21,716 nt of DNA from Atractiella rhizophila (lineage: Eukaryota). The notes under the pieces were generated by a model, which had not been told where the DNA came from, did not search any database, and worked only from the letters and a program-made list of their open reading frames with translations. The stretch is taken from positions 62,001 to 83,716 of the forward strand of contig MU271357.1 in NCBI GenBank assembly GCA_021432655.1, read 5' to 3'. Of this stretch, positions 1 to 10,824 are shown piece by piece. The stretch's first letter is position 1. Each line of letters starts with the position of its first letter. Made by a program: the position numbers and the translations under genes.

Positions 1-976
1 CCACCTACACACGGAAGGATGAGAGTCTTCGCGAAGGATATGGATTGGGAACGAACCTGCGAGAGTAGATCGGACTTCTCCTTCTCTGTCTTCCTGAGCA
101 GCACAACCGTCTCTTTAAACTTCTGCTCCCGTATCATTGTCGGTGAGCTTCACAGTCACTCGAATATAACCCAAATCTGAGGGAAAAGGGGTAGGACACC
201 TACCTCCTCAACCACTTCGCTGCGCAACGACTCGCGTGCGACCTTCTCAATCAGCTCCTCGTTCTCCTTCCAAGCTTTCCTCAATCTGCCCTCAAGTTCT
301 TTCACTCCCTAGTCCCATCATACTGAATCAGTTTCCCTGCGCTGTATGCCATGTAATAGTGATAGAGAAGCACCTGTTGCAGCTTCAAATTGTCCGCACC
401 ACTCCCTTTCGCCGCTGGTAGAGCAGCTTCCAGAATAGCATTCCTTTCTTTGAGACGACCGACCTCAGACTGAAGCGCAGCGACCTCATTGTTCTGTACA
501 ACCAGTCAGAATCATCATCGAGCTTGCACCCACCGGACGATAATTGCATGAGAAGGAGGAGCCTTGCGCACCTTGTCTGCAGCCTTAGCTCTCGTCACGA
601 ACTTCCTCAATTCCTCAGCTCCATTGCTTGCGACAGGAGGAGTCTTTCTCTTCACTCCCTTTCCTTGACCGATAGTGACAGCTTTCAACTCGGTAACCTC
701 ATCTCTCGCCTCTTCCCTCTCATCAACAAAAGTCTCATCGGACGCGAAAGAGTCCCTCTTCCAATTACGGTCCTCGTAAACCCTGAACGCAGCCGGCGCT
801 CTCCTCTTCTCAGGCGACTGATTTACACCTTTCGGAGACAGAGCTCTCCCTGGCGAATGCGAACGGGGTTTGCTTGGCGATTGCTGGAAGTGAACGCGCC
901 GCTTCTTGGAAGGAGGAGAGAGTGGTCGTGTTGGAGTCGTGGGGTTCGAGGGATTAGAATTGGATCGTGAGGACAT
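1..976 (-). CDS. Uncharacterised multi-exon protein, 3' part runs off the window; disordered S/T-P-rich N-terminus followed by coiled coil
   Basis: ATG at 976. ORF 515-976 splices via intron 494-571 (GTGCGC...CTGAC...TACAG on -) into the heptad-like NNEVAALQSEVGRLKERNAILEAAL. Further GT-AG introns and E/K/L-rich exons continue to the window edge. Confidence 0.75.
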
Positions 977-1075
977 CTTGGTCGTTCTGCGAGCGAGCTA
1001 GCCGCATTCGGGTGATAATGAGCATAACATTTGGCCAAGTTGGGGATGTTTGGTCGTGTTGACGCATCTCCTGAA

Positions 1076-1094
1076 ACGCGCGCTTGTCACGTGA
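1076..1094. promoter_or_regulatory. MCB-like ACGCG followed by a palindromic E-box TCACGTGA (Cbf1/bHLH-type GTCACGTG) upstream of the first gene
   Basis: ACGCGCG at 1076-1082 and GTCACGTGA at 1086-1094, about 100-120 nt upstream of the ATG at 976. Motif match only. Confidence 0.35.
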
Positions 1095-1434
1095 GTTTTA
1101 TTTGCGAGAAGTTTAGAGTTTGCAAAGAGTCTCTGCTCGTATCAAGCAAAAAGATTAGGAAGCGTCCGTCCAGGACGCCAAAAAGGAGTTGTTGGCTCTA
1201 AGTGGGAAAGGGAAGAATCACGTCGTTTAAGGCTTCATCTGCTCAAATTTCAATGAATGTAGACAATTTGCCAATTTGAGAGATGCCAACGACTGCCAGT
1301 ATATTACTACAATTACTTCATGCACAGAAAATGACAACTTTCCAACGGAAATCTCTTCAACCAAAGACCCAACGGAAAAGCAAACGACTGAAGAGCTCTA
1401 CGACATCACGGCCTAATGCCCAAAACGTACATGC

Positions 1435-4400
1435 TTAACCACGCTGTAATCTATATCAGCATTGCCTTCAAGGGAAAGAAGAAAAAGAGGAGGGCGTACC
1501 AGTTTACCGTTCGCCCTCTCCCTCTGCTGTGCAAGCCAACTCTTCGGCTGCTGCCTCTGCGACGTCCCATTCGCGATACTTTCGCGCATAGATTGGATGG
1601 CCATTCGGTGCCATGCACTAGTGACGAGGCGAACTTCTTGCCTGTAAGTCTTCTCAATTTGATCATTCGTTTCCTTCGTCATTTGCGATCAGTACCAGCA
1701 ATCGTGGAAGTGCAAGAAAGGAGACTCACTTGAAGACGCGTGATTTGGTCTTTAAGTTGTGCGATTTCGGACTGATACACCTCTTCTGCTTGGTCAAAGG
1801 TGCCCTGTTCATTGGTGATGAGCTGGGATAACGGTTTGTAAAGATGAGAATGACCTTTTCAGCCCCTTTCGCTTGCTTCTTCCACAGTTTCTCTTGCTGG
1901 CGAATAAACTGCGCCATTTGATCAGCACCGCTACTGGGACCAAGAGAGGCCGGAGCTCACATCTTTGGCCTGCGCGAGTGTCTTCTCTTGTTTCTTGATT
2001 GTGTCCTTACACTCTTTCAACTCCAATTCCATCTCTGCAAACTTCTTTTGATCTGCTGGACTCATGCCCTTTCCGCTCAGAGACGCCTTGATATTACCCA
2101 ACTCCCTCTCGCGCTCCATCATCCGCTCCCTCTGTCCGATTCCTTGACTCTGGAGGTCGACCTTCTCCATAAGGAGGTTGTTGATCTGCGACATCTGCAT
2201 CTTATTCTTGTCCTCAACGAGTTTGAACTCCTCCTTCAGCTTGTCGAATTCTTTTTGGAGTGCGACCTTCTCAACTGAAACTTGGTCTCGCAGTGAACTG
2301 AGAATGTCTAATTGATCCTTGTTCACGAGGTTTAGGTTCGATTTCGCAACTGTCAGCTCCCGATCCACATATTCGAACCTGACCGTTACTTCCGTAAGCT
2401 CTCTTCGAACTTTCTCCAGTTCCTCCACTGTTTCGTTGAGCCGTTGTCGGAGAGCTATTGTGGCTTCAGGTCTAACAAAAGCGGCGTCAACGATAAATAC
2501 TCTGGTACAGAGAAAACGCACCCATCGCCTGCTGCACTCTTGCCTTGACTAATAAAGTCGAGTTTTTCCTGCAGAATAAGGCGTTCCCGATGCTCCTTCA
2601 GCCAGTCCGATTCGTACCTACTCTTCATGCGATTGGCATCCTCGAGGAGATTCTCTAGCACTACCATTCTCGAAGCATCCGCTTTATTCTTCCTCGCTTC
2701 GACAAGGTCCTTCTCCAGCTTGCGAATCTTCAGCTTAAGGTGCGTCATTGTCGTTCCCTGAACGGCATCATCGAGTTCCGCCCCAACGCCATCGAGATAA
2801 AGCACACTATCCCGCACTCCTCCCTCCGCATCCGCATCTACGTCGTCTATCGTTCTCGGGACCCGTCGCTTCGGAACTGTTTCGCTCTCCAATTCCTTCA
2901 CCCGCTCCTCAAACAACTGAACCGCCTCGCCCTCTTTCTCTCTCTCCTCCTCAGCAATCCTCAGCCTCTCCTCCGTCCGCTCCAGGTTGAACTTCAGGTT
3001 TTCATTCTCGCGACTGATCTTGGCATTCTTCTCCTCCAAAGTTGCGATCTGATTCTTATACTGTTCCATGAGCGGCTTATAGTTCGATATCTTTCTATAT
3101 TCGTCTTCTAACGATCCGTGCTTCTCCAACAACTCCAGATTCTGATCTTCCAAAGCTTTCATCGATCGTCTCAAGTCGGCGGTTTCCTCAAGTTTCTTCT
3201 TATACTTCTCCATCACGTTCTCCATCTTCTGCACCTTGTCCGCCGCATGCTTATACTCATCGAGTTGATCCTTCAACCGCACTCCTTCCTCAGCCTTGTG
3301 CGTCAAGTCCTCAACTCGCTTCGTGAGGTCTTCGATCATCTTCGTCTGCTTCGAAATAACGCCTTCCGAATGTCCAATCTCGTTGTCTCGCGAATGACTT
3401 CAAGCAATCTCGTCAGCACAAGGTACGAGGGAGGAAGAAGAGAAGACTGACAGGTCACTTCGTAGCCTGTCAATCTCGTGTCGTAGTCCAGCATCTCCGC
3501 GCTCGTTAGCTTGTGCAATCTCAAGGTCTCGTTTGGTGTGTTCGAGTTGACGTTCTGCGGATTGCATATTGCGTATTGCTTCTTCCTACACGATCAGCAG
3601 AACCACTCGGCTCAGTGATTGTCTAGGGGGAGAGGGAAAGACATACGTTGTCCTCCTTCAACTCTTTGTACTGCTTCAACAACTCGTCATTAACCTTTTG
3701 CAATTTCTCCATCTCTCCATGCAGCCTATTCCGGTCCGTTTGCAGCGCATAATACTCATCATCCGCACTACCGTCAACAACATTTGGATTAGCATCTTCC
3801 GCCTATCCCACATCTCTAACAGAGATGCAAAGAGACATACGCGATAGTCATCTCCATCTCATCCCTCTCCTCCGCTCCTATCCCACCGTGCTTGCTGAGC
3901 TTAGCCATGATGCCTTCGATCTCTCTCATCAATATTCCCTGCTGCCATTCCTCAAACTGTTGAATCTTGAGCACATGCAGCTCCCTCGAAGCCTCCGCTT
4001 GAACGCACAGCGTGAGGACGAGTGAGAGCAAGACGCAGATCTGCGAAGCTGCACCAGGAGAGTTTGGAGTCGCCTTCGCGATCACGGCCAGGTCGGGGAC
4101 GGGGAGGAGGGAGACTGCTGTGGGTGCATTGTGCAAAACGTCTCTGTTTCATGTATTTCTCATCAGCTCTATAGCGTCCTCAAACCAAGTAACCCTGCGA
4201 AGGAGCAGAATGCAAGCAAAGAAGAAAGGAAGACATACTCATAATACCGCATAATAAGCTTGTACAACCTCTTGTGAGCATTAAACCTCAACACCCAGTT
4301 CTCATTGGGCTTAACTTCCGTCGCTCGAGGGTTACGGAAGTAGGCAGAGTCGACAGTTGAAAGGATGGAGAAGAGGTAGGACGGGTCGGACAGGTCTTCG

Positions 4401-4474
4401 AGCGCACTGACTGGGCGGTCGAGCGATAGAGAGGTGACCCAGTCGAGGTATGCCTTCTTCACTTTCTCGGACAT
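1435..4474 (-). CDS. hok1: Hook-family dynein/early-endosome adaptor (HookA/Hok1-like), multi-exon
   Basis: N-terminal Hook domain (LEDLSDPSYLFSILSTVDSAYF...ENWVLRFNAHKRLYKLIMRYYE|DVL...VPDLAVIAK; intron 4144-4238). Long coiled coil (LKDQLDEYKHAADKVQKMENVMEKYKKKLEE). Fungal Hook C-terminal motifs EVRLVTSAWH and SWLAQQR. Last intron 1444-1499 gives ...GKL|RG* with the stop at 1435-1437. Confidence 0.92.
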
Positions 4475-5802
4475 TCTTGCTGGGTAGAATGGGTCGTCAA
4501 GTTGTTGAGGTGCTGAATCTTCAATCCGTGCTGAATTGAGTCCACAATGCAGGAGCTCGCTTAGTGTTGTAGTCTTGCTAAAGTCATGACGTCTTCAGTG
4601 CAATGTTGGCCTCACCAATTGCATCTACCATCTACTTTGAGGATGTATGAGGGGAGCTTTGCAGAAGGAGGGTCGCTTATTTAGAGATCTTTATGGAGTT
4701 ACAGAGAGAGTCGACCAGCGATGACGCTCATCCTTCGACATTATCCCTCTTGCGGAGCACCCCGATCCAGCTCTCCACCCCTTCCTTCTTTCTTAACTTG
4801 CTTACCTCTGTCAATTCGCACGCTTTATACTACCACGACATCAAGACAGAAGTGAACGAAGTGCTTGTCGATAACACGAAACCTTGCGTCACTTGGCTGT
4901 CGTATTTTAGCAAGCTCTTTCTCATAAAAAATTAGCTTCAATTTGTTTGGAATGCACTTCAGCAGCAGGGGGCAGAATATAGGAACCGGAAGTTCAAAGA
5001 ATGACAATAATTCCAGCTGGTATCAACAGTTGTTATCCCAGTGGCCAGTGGATTCATCTAAAGAGTACTAACTTCTTGTCCTGGTGTTCTGTCGACATGA
5101 TCACGGTTAGGCTTTTCAAGACACCTGTATTTGCAGTATTGAGCTGAATATACATAAAATAACACAATGGGATCAAAGGAAGAGGGTGGTAAGGATGAAA
5201 AAGAGTAAAGCCTATATACTGCTTTTTGAGACGAACACGGCAAGGTCTCAACGTGACGGGAGCTGAGTTCATTGAAGAATTGTAGGGAGACTAAAGCGAA
5301 AGTATTCAGCGTCAAGTATATCGTAAGAATGGAGGAGAGAGAGAGGGAAGATGAGGCAATGGAGGACCTTGAGGGAGCGTGCATGTGCAAAGCGGGAGAG
5401 GAGAACGACAGACAGGGGTGGCTTGGACGCCAATATGTTTGGGACACCGAACGAGGAGGATCAGGCTGACAACCAAGCAGGCACGTTGAAGAACTGGAAA
5501 AAAGTAACTACTGCTCCCAAAGAAGACCCCGACCCCAGCGTGAAAACAAAAGAGTAGCTAACTATGTAAATATGTAAGACTGACGAATGTTTGTTAGAAA
5601 GAAAACCGAAGGAACAACATAACACCGACTGGTACCGCAATGCCTTGAACATGAGGAAATCCCAAAAGAGGTTTTGACTTCGGATGGATGAGGATGGTTA
5701 TGTTGGTGTGATCGTACTGCATTGCTCCGTCTTTGTTGGGTGAACGAGCCGGATCGTTGGACGAGGAAACAAAGACTGATGAAACGGGACAAGAACTCTT
5801 CA

Positions 5803-8800
5803 TCACTTCCATTCGGTAGGGCCGAATCCATCAGGAGGTGGATCGTTCAGCGGAACCCCTACCGCATCGTACGTTTTAGTGAATACGGTATTTCCCCACC
5901 AATCAAGCCCTATTTATACCCTCACATCAGCTACGATCTTCCGGCAAGATAGTAGATACTTACATATCGAACCAGATTTCGGAAGAAGTAGAACGAGGAA
6001 GATGAAGATCCCGCTCACAATGGTGCCCGAATCCATGGCTGCCGAAACGACAAAATTGAACTTGGACCACCAACGGAACTGATGCCTCCTTAGGTAATAT
6101 TCTGCATCACGGGTCCTCAACCCCCCCACCAAACCCAAAAAAAGGAAGGAAAGACTCACGGAATATGAAGCCCACGAGGAACCAGCTTGAATAGTTGATT
6201 CCAGTCGCTGGCGGTATATAACTGGCTCCGACCAAAGAGACAGGGATATTGACGTATTTGACCCAAGAATTGGGCCATCGCTTGGAAGCGAAATAGAATG
6301 GGATGGGAAGGAAAACTCCAACGAGGAGGAAGTAGAGTTGAGAGTTGTACAACGCTCCTTTTCCGAATTGTCGCGCTGGACCAATCAGACCCCAGATGAT
6401 GGAAGCCGTGTAGAACACGGATGATTGAGGACAGACGAGTCGGCCTCGCTGATCGGGAGAACAAAGGTCATGGACCGACGCTTTCAGCCATTCCTTAACT
6501 CCGATTTGGACGCACCCAGCGATAAGAGTGGCGACGATTTGAACTACATCCAAAATTAGCTTCTCTAACCTGTAGTACAAGAGCAGAAAAACGCACTCAA
6601 GAATGTCACTCGCGGTGGAACTTTCATGTAGTGACCTAGCTTGAGGTCTTGAATGAAAGTAATGGCAACCAACAGCGACTGCACGCTGTAAATCTTGAAA
6701 ACCTAATCATGCATCCAAGTGCGTCAGCATAGGATGGCACGGTTAGAGGTGAACAAACCATGTTGGCGATTGGAAGACCAGGGAAGAGAAATCCAGGAAT
6801 GACTTCTGCGACGAGGTTGATGGTGAGTGGCTGAGCGGTCATAGCGAAGATATAACCGGCAGGCAGGACGTAAATAGCCGCCAAGAGGAGCGAGAGGCAG
6901 AGGGCCCAAACAGGGAGGTCGGTATTGTATATCTAATAAACAAGATTTCAGTCATGTGCTTGATGCGAGCTGAACGGGAGCTGAACGGAAGGCATACCTC
7001 TATGCAAACCACGGAAAGGACAAACATAATGACGAGTACGCAGCCATACCACCAATCGGGCACTTCAGGGTAATATCTCATAAGTTTCGCATGCACGTCC
7101 TCCTCTTCTGTCCTCACATTCTTGAACTTGTTGATGATGCTCTTGCCGTGATAGAGGATGGTATGGACGAGGGAAGCGGTGGCGAGGGTGAATGCGAGAC
7201 AGTACACTATCGCGTACGTGCCAGAGATATAGAGCGGTGAATACTCCATGTAGGCCGTCTCGTTTAGCCTGAACACGCCTGGTCGATCGTCTATCACCTT
7301 CGACACATCGTACACCGCTCCATAACGATCGTAAGCGTCAAACGAGGACATTGGAAGGTAATTAAGGAACCAAGTCTAAACAATTCTTTCAGACAATCTC
7401 TCAATCAATCCTAAACGACAGATACGGACCTTGGTATAGTAGAGGAGGGGAACAAGAAACCAATAGAAGAACAGGAAGCCAAAAATAATGTTGACCTCTG
7501 CCCACCAAGGAGCAACAAGTGGAGAACCGATGTAGACGATTTGGGACCAGTCGAAGGTGAGGCCTGACATTCCAAGGCCAGTCTGCAAGCCAAAGAGCTG
7601 ATTGACAACCCTGTGCTCTACACCCGAGTCCTACTTCAGCAACTTAAATAAAAAGGGGGGACGAGAACGCACTGGGCCAGATCCAGCACACCCAGCTGAA
7701 GACGCTGAGAGCCTGAAAGAGGTAAGCGGGGACGAAGAACCAGATGAAGGCGGCTCCGCCAACATAGAGGAAGAGTCTATATCTGCTAATCTTTCCATCC
7801 GTTCCATCGTCTTCCTCCGCGTGGAACGTATTGAGCAGCGTGCAAGTGACAAGATTTTGCGGCCAGACCAACGAGCCTGGCCAAACGAGGAAACGACGAC
7901 AGAGGCCGGCGAATCCGAAGCCTGCTATCTGGGTGGTTATGATGAACAAGAAGTCGAACCCGACCGGAAACTTGTGTCCGAGTCCATAAAATTTGTCAAT
8001 GGTTATCACCGCCGTCAGAGCGAAGGCGGGGGCGATGGATGCGTTGGCCATGATGATGATTGCCGTGTGTTCCTTGATATTGAACGGTCCAGGATTGAAG
8101 GAGAACTCTTCTGGAGCGCCCATTCCAAAAATAGAGAATTGGAGGAATCGAGGGACCTTGAAAACTGTCGTCGGGAGGATGTAGGCGAGACCCTTTCCTA
8201 GAGGATAGGCGACTATTTGCACGACGATGGGTGTCAGCAGGGGAGCGGGGTATCGAAGGATGAAATAGATGTTGAGGGAGACGGCGATGATGACGAGGAA
8301 GATGCCCAGGAACCAGGTGCGGAAGGTGAGAGCAGGCATTTCGGGGTCATCGATGTTTGACACACTTGCTCTGACTTCAGGGTAAGGAGAATCTTCTTCT
8401 TCCATGACCATATCCGTTCCTAAAGAATTGATGCTATGTGTCCGAGTCCATAAAATTTGTCAATGGTTATCACCGCCGTCAGAGCGAAGGCGGGGGCGAT
8501 GGATGCGTTGGCCATGATGATGATTGCCGTGTGTTCCTTGATATTGAACGGTCCAGGATTGAAGGAAAACTCTTCTGGAGCGCCCATTCCAAAAATAGAG
8601 AATTGGAGGAATCGAGGGACCTTGAAAACTGTCGTCGGGAGGATGTAAGCCAGACCCTTGCCGAGAGGATAGGCGACGATTTGCACGACGATGGGTGTCA
8701 GCAAGGGAGCAGGGTATCGAAGGATGAAATAGATGTTGAGGGAGACGGCGACGATGACGAGGAAGATGCCCAGGAACCAGGTGCGGAAGGTAAGAGCAGG

Positions 8801-9970
8801 CATTTCGGGGTCATCGATGTTTGACACACTTGCTCTGACTTCAGGGTAAGGAGAATCTTCTTCTTCCATGACCATATCCGTTCCTAAAGAATTGATGCTA
8901 GCAGCTCCACTGAAAGGCCTCGAACCAGTCCTTCCAGTTCCACTCCGCGTTCCGGTTCCCGTCAACCTCTGCCTCAACGGACTGGCGTTCATATTCCCAA
9001 AAGTCTGCCTCCTACCATCCTCCACGATTCCCATCCTCATCATCGTCATTCCACCGTATCCCTTCCGTTCCTCCTCATCTCCTTCATAATCCACCACATC
9101 CAACATATCCTTGGAACTCGCATAATGAGTCCCTCCCTCCTCTTCATCTTCCTCCGAAATTCCTCCAACCTTGGCATCCATCGTCACTCTCGAATCCTCC
9201 CTCTTCCTCGCACTCGTCCTCCTCGACGACGCCTTGGTCGAAGAAGTGGGCGAATCGCTAGGAATAAAAGCCATATCCCATCCTCCATTCTTGGACAACA
9301 TGCTAGCGAGGTGAGCGGAATAACTCGTCGGTCTCTCCCTCCCTCTTTCCGCCTCTACTTCCCGAGCAGATCGGGTGGAAGAGTAGGAGGTGTTGGAGTA
9401 GCTGGGGAAGTGTGATCGGTACGATTCCAGGGAAGAGCGTGCGGGTTGTGCGCCAGGTGGAAGGTGTGGAGAGGGAGGGTAGCCGTCGTGCGCGCTCGCA
9501 TGAGTGGGAGATTGAGATTGAGAACTAGGCGCGTTTTGCAGTGGCGCGGTGGGATGAGCATAAGTTGGAGATTCGGGGTATGCGAAGCCTCTTCGACTGG
9601 CCAGTTCTCCGTCTTGGACGTTGGAATTCGCAACGGGAAAAGGGTGGTGTGGCGGCGAGAGGGTGGTGTGCGTGTATGGTGACGGAGTCACGCCTGCCGG
9701 TGTGGTTCGAGAAAGCGATGGCTGCTGGGTGTGAGACTGCGGTTGAGGTTGGGAGGGTGCAGGCTGACGAGGGGCGTTAGGGTCCGGTGGAAGGTATGAG
9801 AACATTCCCTCGTCCTCCGATTCCTCATCTTCGTACTCCTCCTCCTCTTCCATGTCCCTCTGCCCGCCCTGATGATGTGGAGACGCACCGTGACCGTGAG
9901 GATGGCCGTAGTTGTGGTGATAGTACTCCTCCTCGCCATTCCTCGCCGTGGCGGTATTGGGACGGTCCAT
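5803..9970 (-). CDS. OPT-family oligopeptide transporter (Isp4/Opt1-like), multi-exon; reading frame interrupted in this sequence by the 464-bp tandem duplication
   Basis: OPT signature motifs SPYPEVRASVSNIDDP, NPGPFNIKEH, EEDVHAKLMRYYPEVPDWWY, WGLIGPARQFG and WWSKFNFVVSAAMDSG. Terminal exon WLDWWGNTV...GFGPTEWK* with TGA at 5803-5805. First in-frame ATG is at 9970 (the ORF-track start at 10150 is TTG), so the start is uncertain. Confidence 0.92.
7973..8900. repeat. Direct tandem duplication, 2 x 464 bp (7973-8436 and 8437-8900), about 98% identical
   Basis: Manual alignment at period 464 gives 10 mismatches (left-copy positions 8103, 8184, 8187, 8196, 8199, 8214, 8240, 8247, 8288, 8328). 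464 is not a multiple of 3. Confidence 0.97.
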
Positions 9971-10824
9971 CCCTGCTGCAATTCCCACTTGTAATTTCTC
10001 CGTCACCGTATCACTTGTCGTCTCACCGTGTGGGTGTCGCCTCAGAGGGGAGGAGGGAGATGGGAGGGGATGAGATGAGGTGGTGGAAGGAATGGAAGCA
10101 GAAGAAATTGCGGGTGGACAAACAAGGTTTGAATGGCGTACATCTCTCAATGCAAAAATGCAAAAATAAGCCGACGGGCGAACTACAAAACATTCCCGCC
10201 AAGAACTGAGCTTCTTTCATTTTCTTATCGGCCTCTGTCCCTTCACTTGGGTCTACATGGCTCTAACTTCCGCTGACACCGGCCTATCAACTCAATATCA
10301 TTTCTCGCCTTTCATTCAATGTCATTTTGCTCGGCTGGTTCTGACGTCCAGGAAATACACGTTAGTTAGACTCTCGGTGCGGTACAACTGCTTTTACATG
10401 GATATTGATACTGCATGTGAAGAGAATCGATCGAGGGTATCATTCTCGGAAGGCATGGCTGATCATGATGTTCTGAGAGCTGCTTCGTGAAATTCTCGAC
10501 GCCCTCACCATGCCAAACAGGAACCCACTCGGCATTGTCAAACAAGACAAAATGTTCAATTTGTCGCATCGGTGATGTTGTACATACCCAGAAATGATAA
10601 TTTTGGCTGCTCAGCTCACCTACGCCTTGATCTTCTAATCGGTTAGGAAGTCAGTCTCATATTTATGGACATCTGAAAATCGGAGTTCGATTCTCCGTCG
10701 AGGCACATTTTTGCTCTTCCTCCATGCGGTCGCATTTCTTACCCCACGGCACCCCGTCATAATTTTTGCAACGACCACCAACTTCTCCCTCCCTCCATAT
10801 CCATCCCAACCCCAGCAGCACATC

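Noticed and set aside
7644..10150. Two separate OPT genes suggested by ORFs 8420-10150 and 7644-8411
   Set aside because: They are one gene split by the 464-bp tandem duplication; only one C-terminal half exists.
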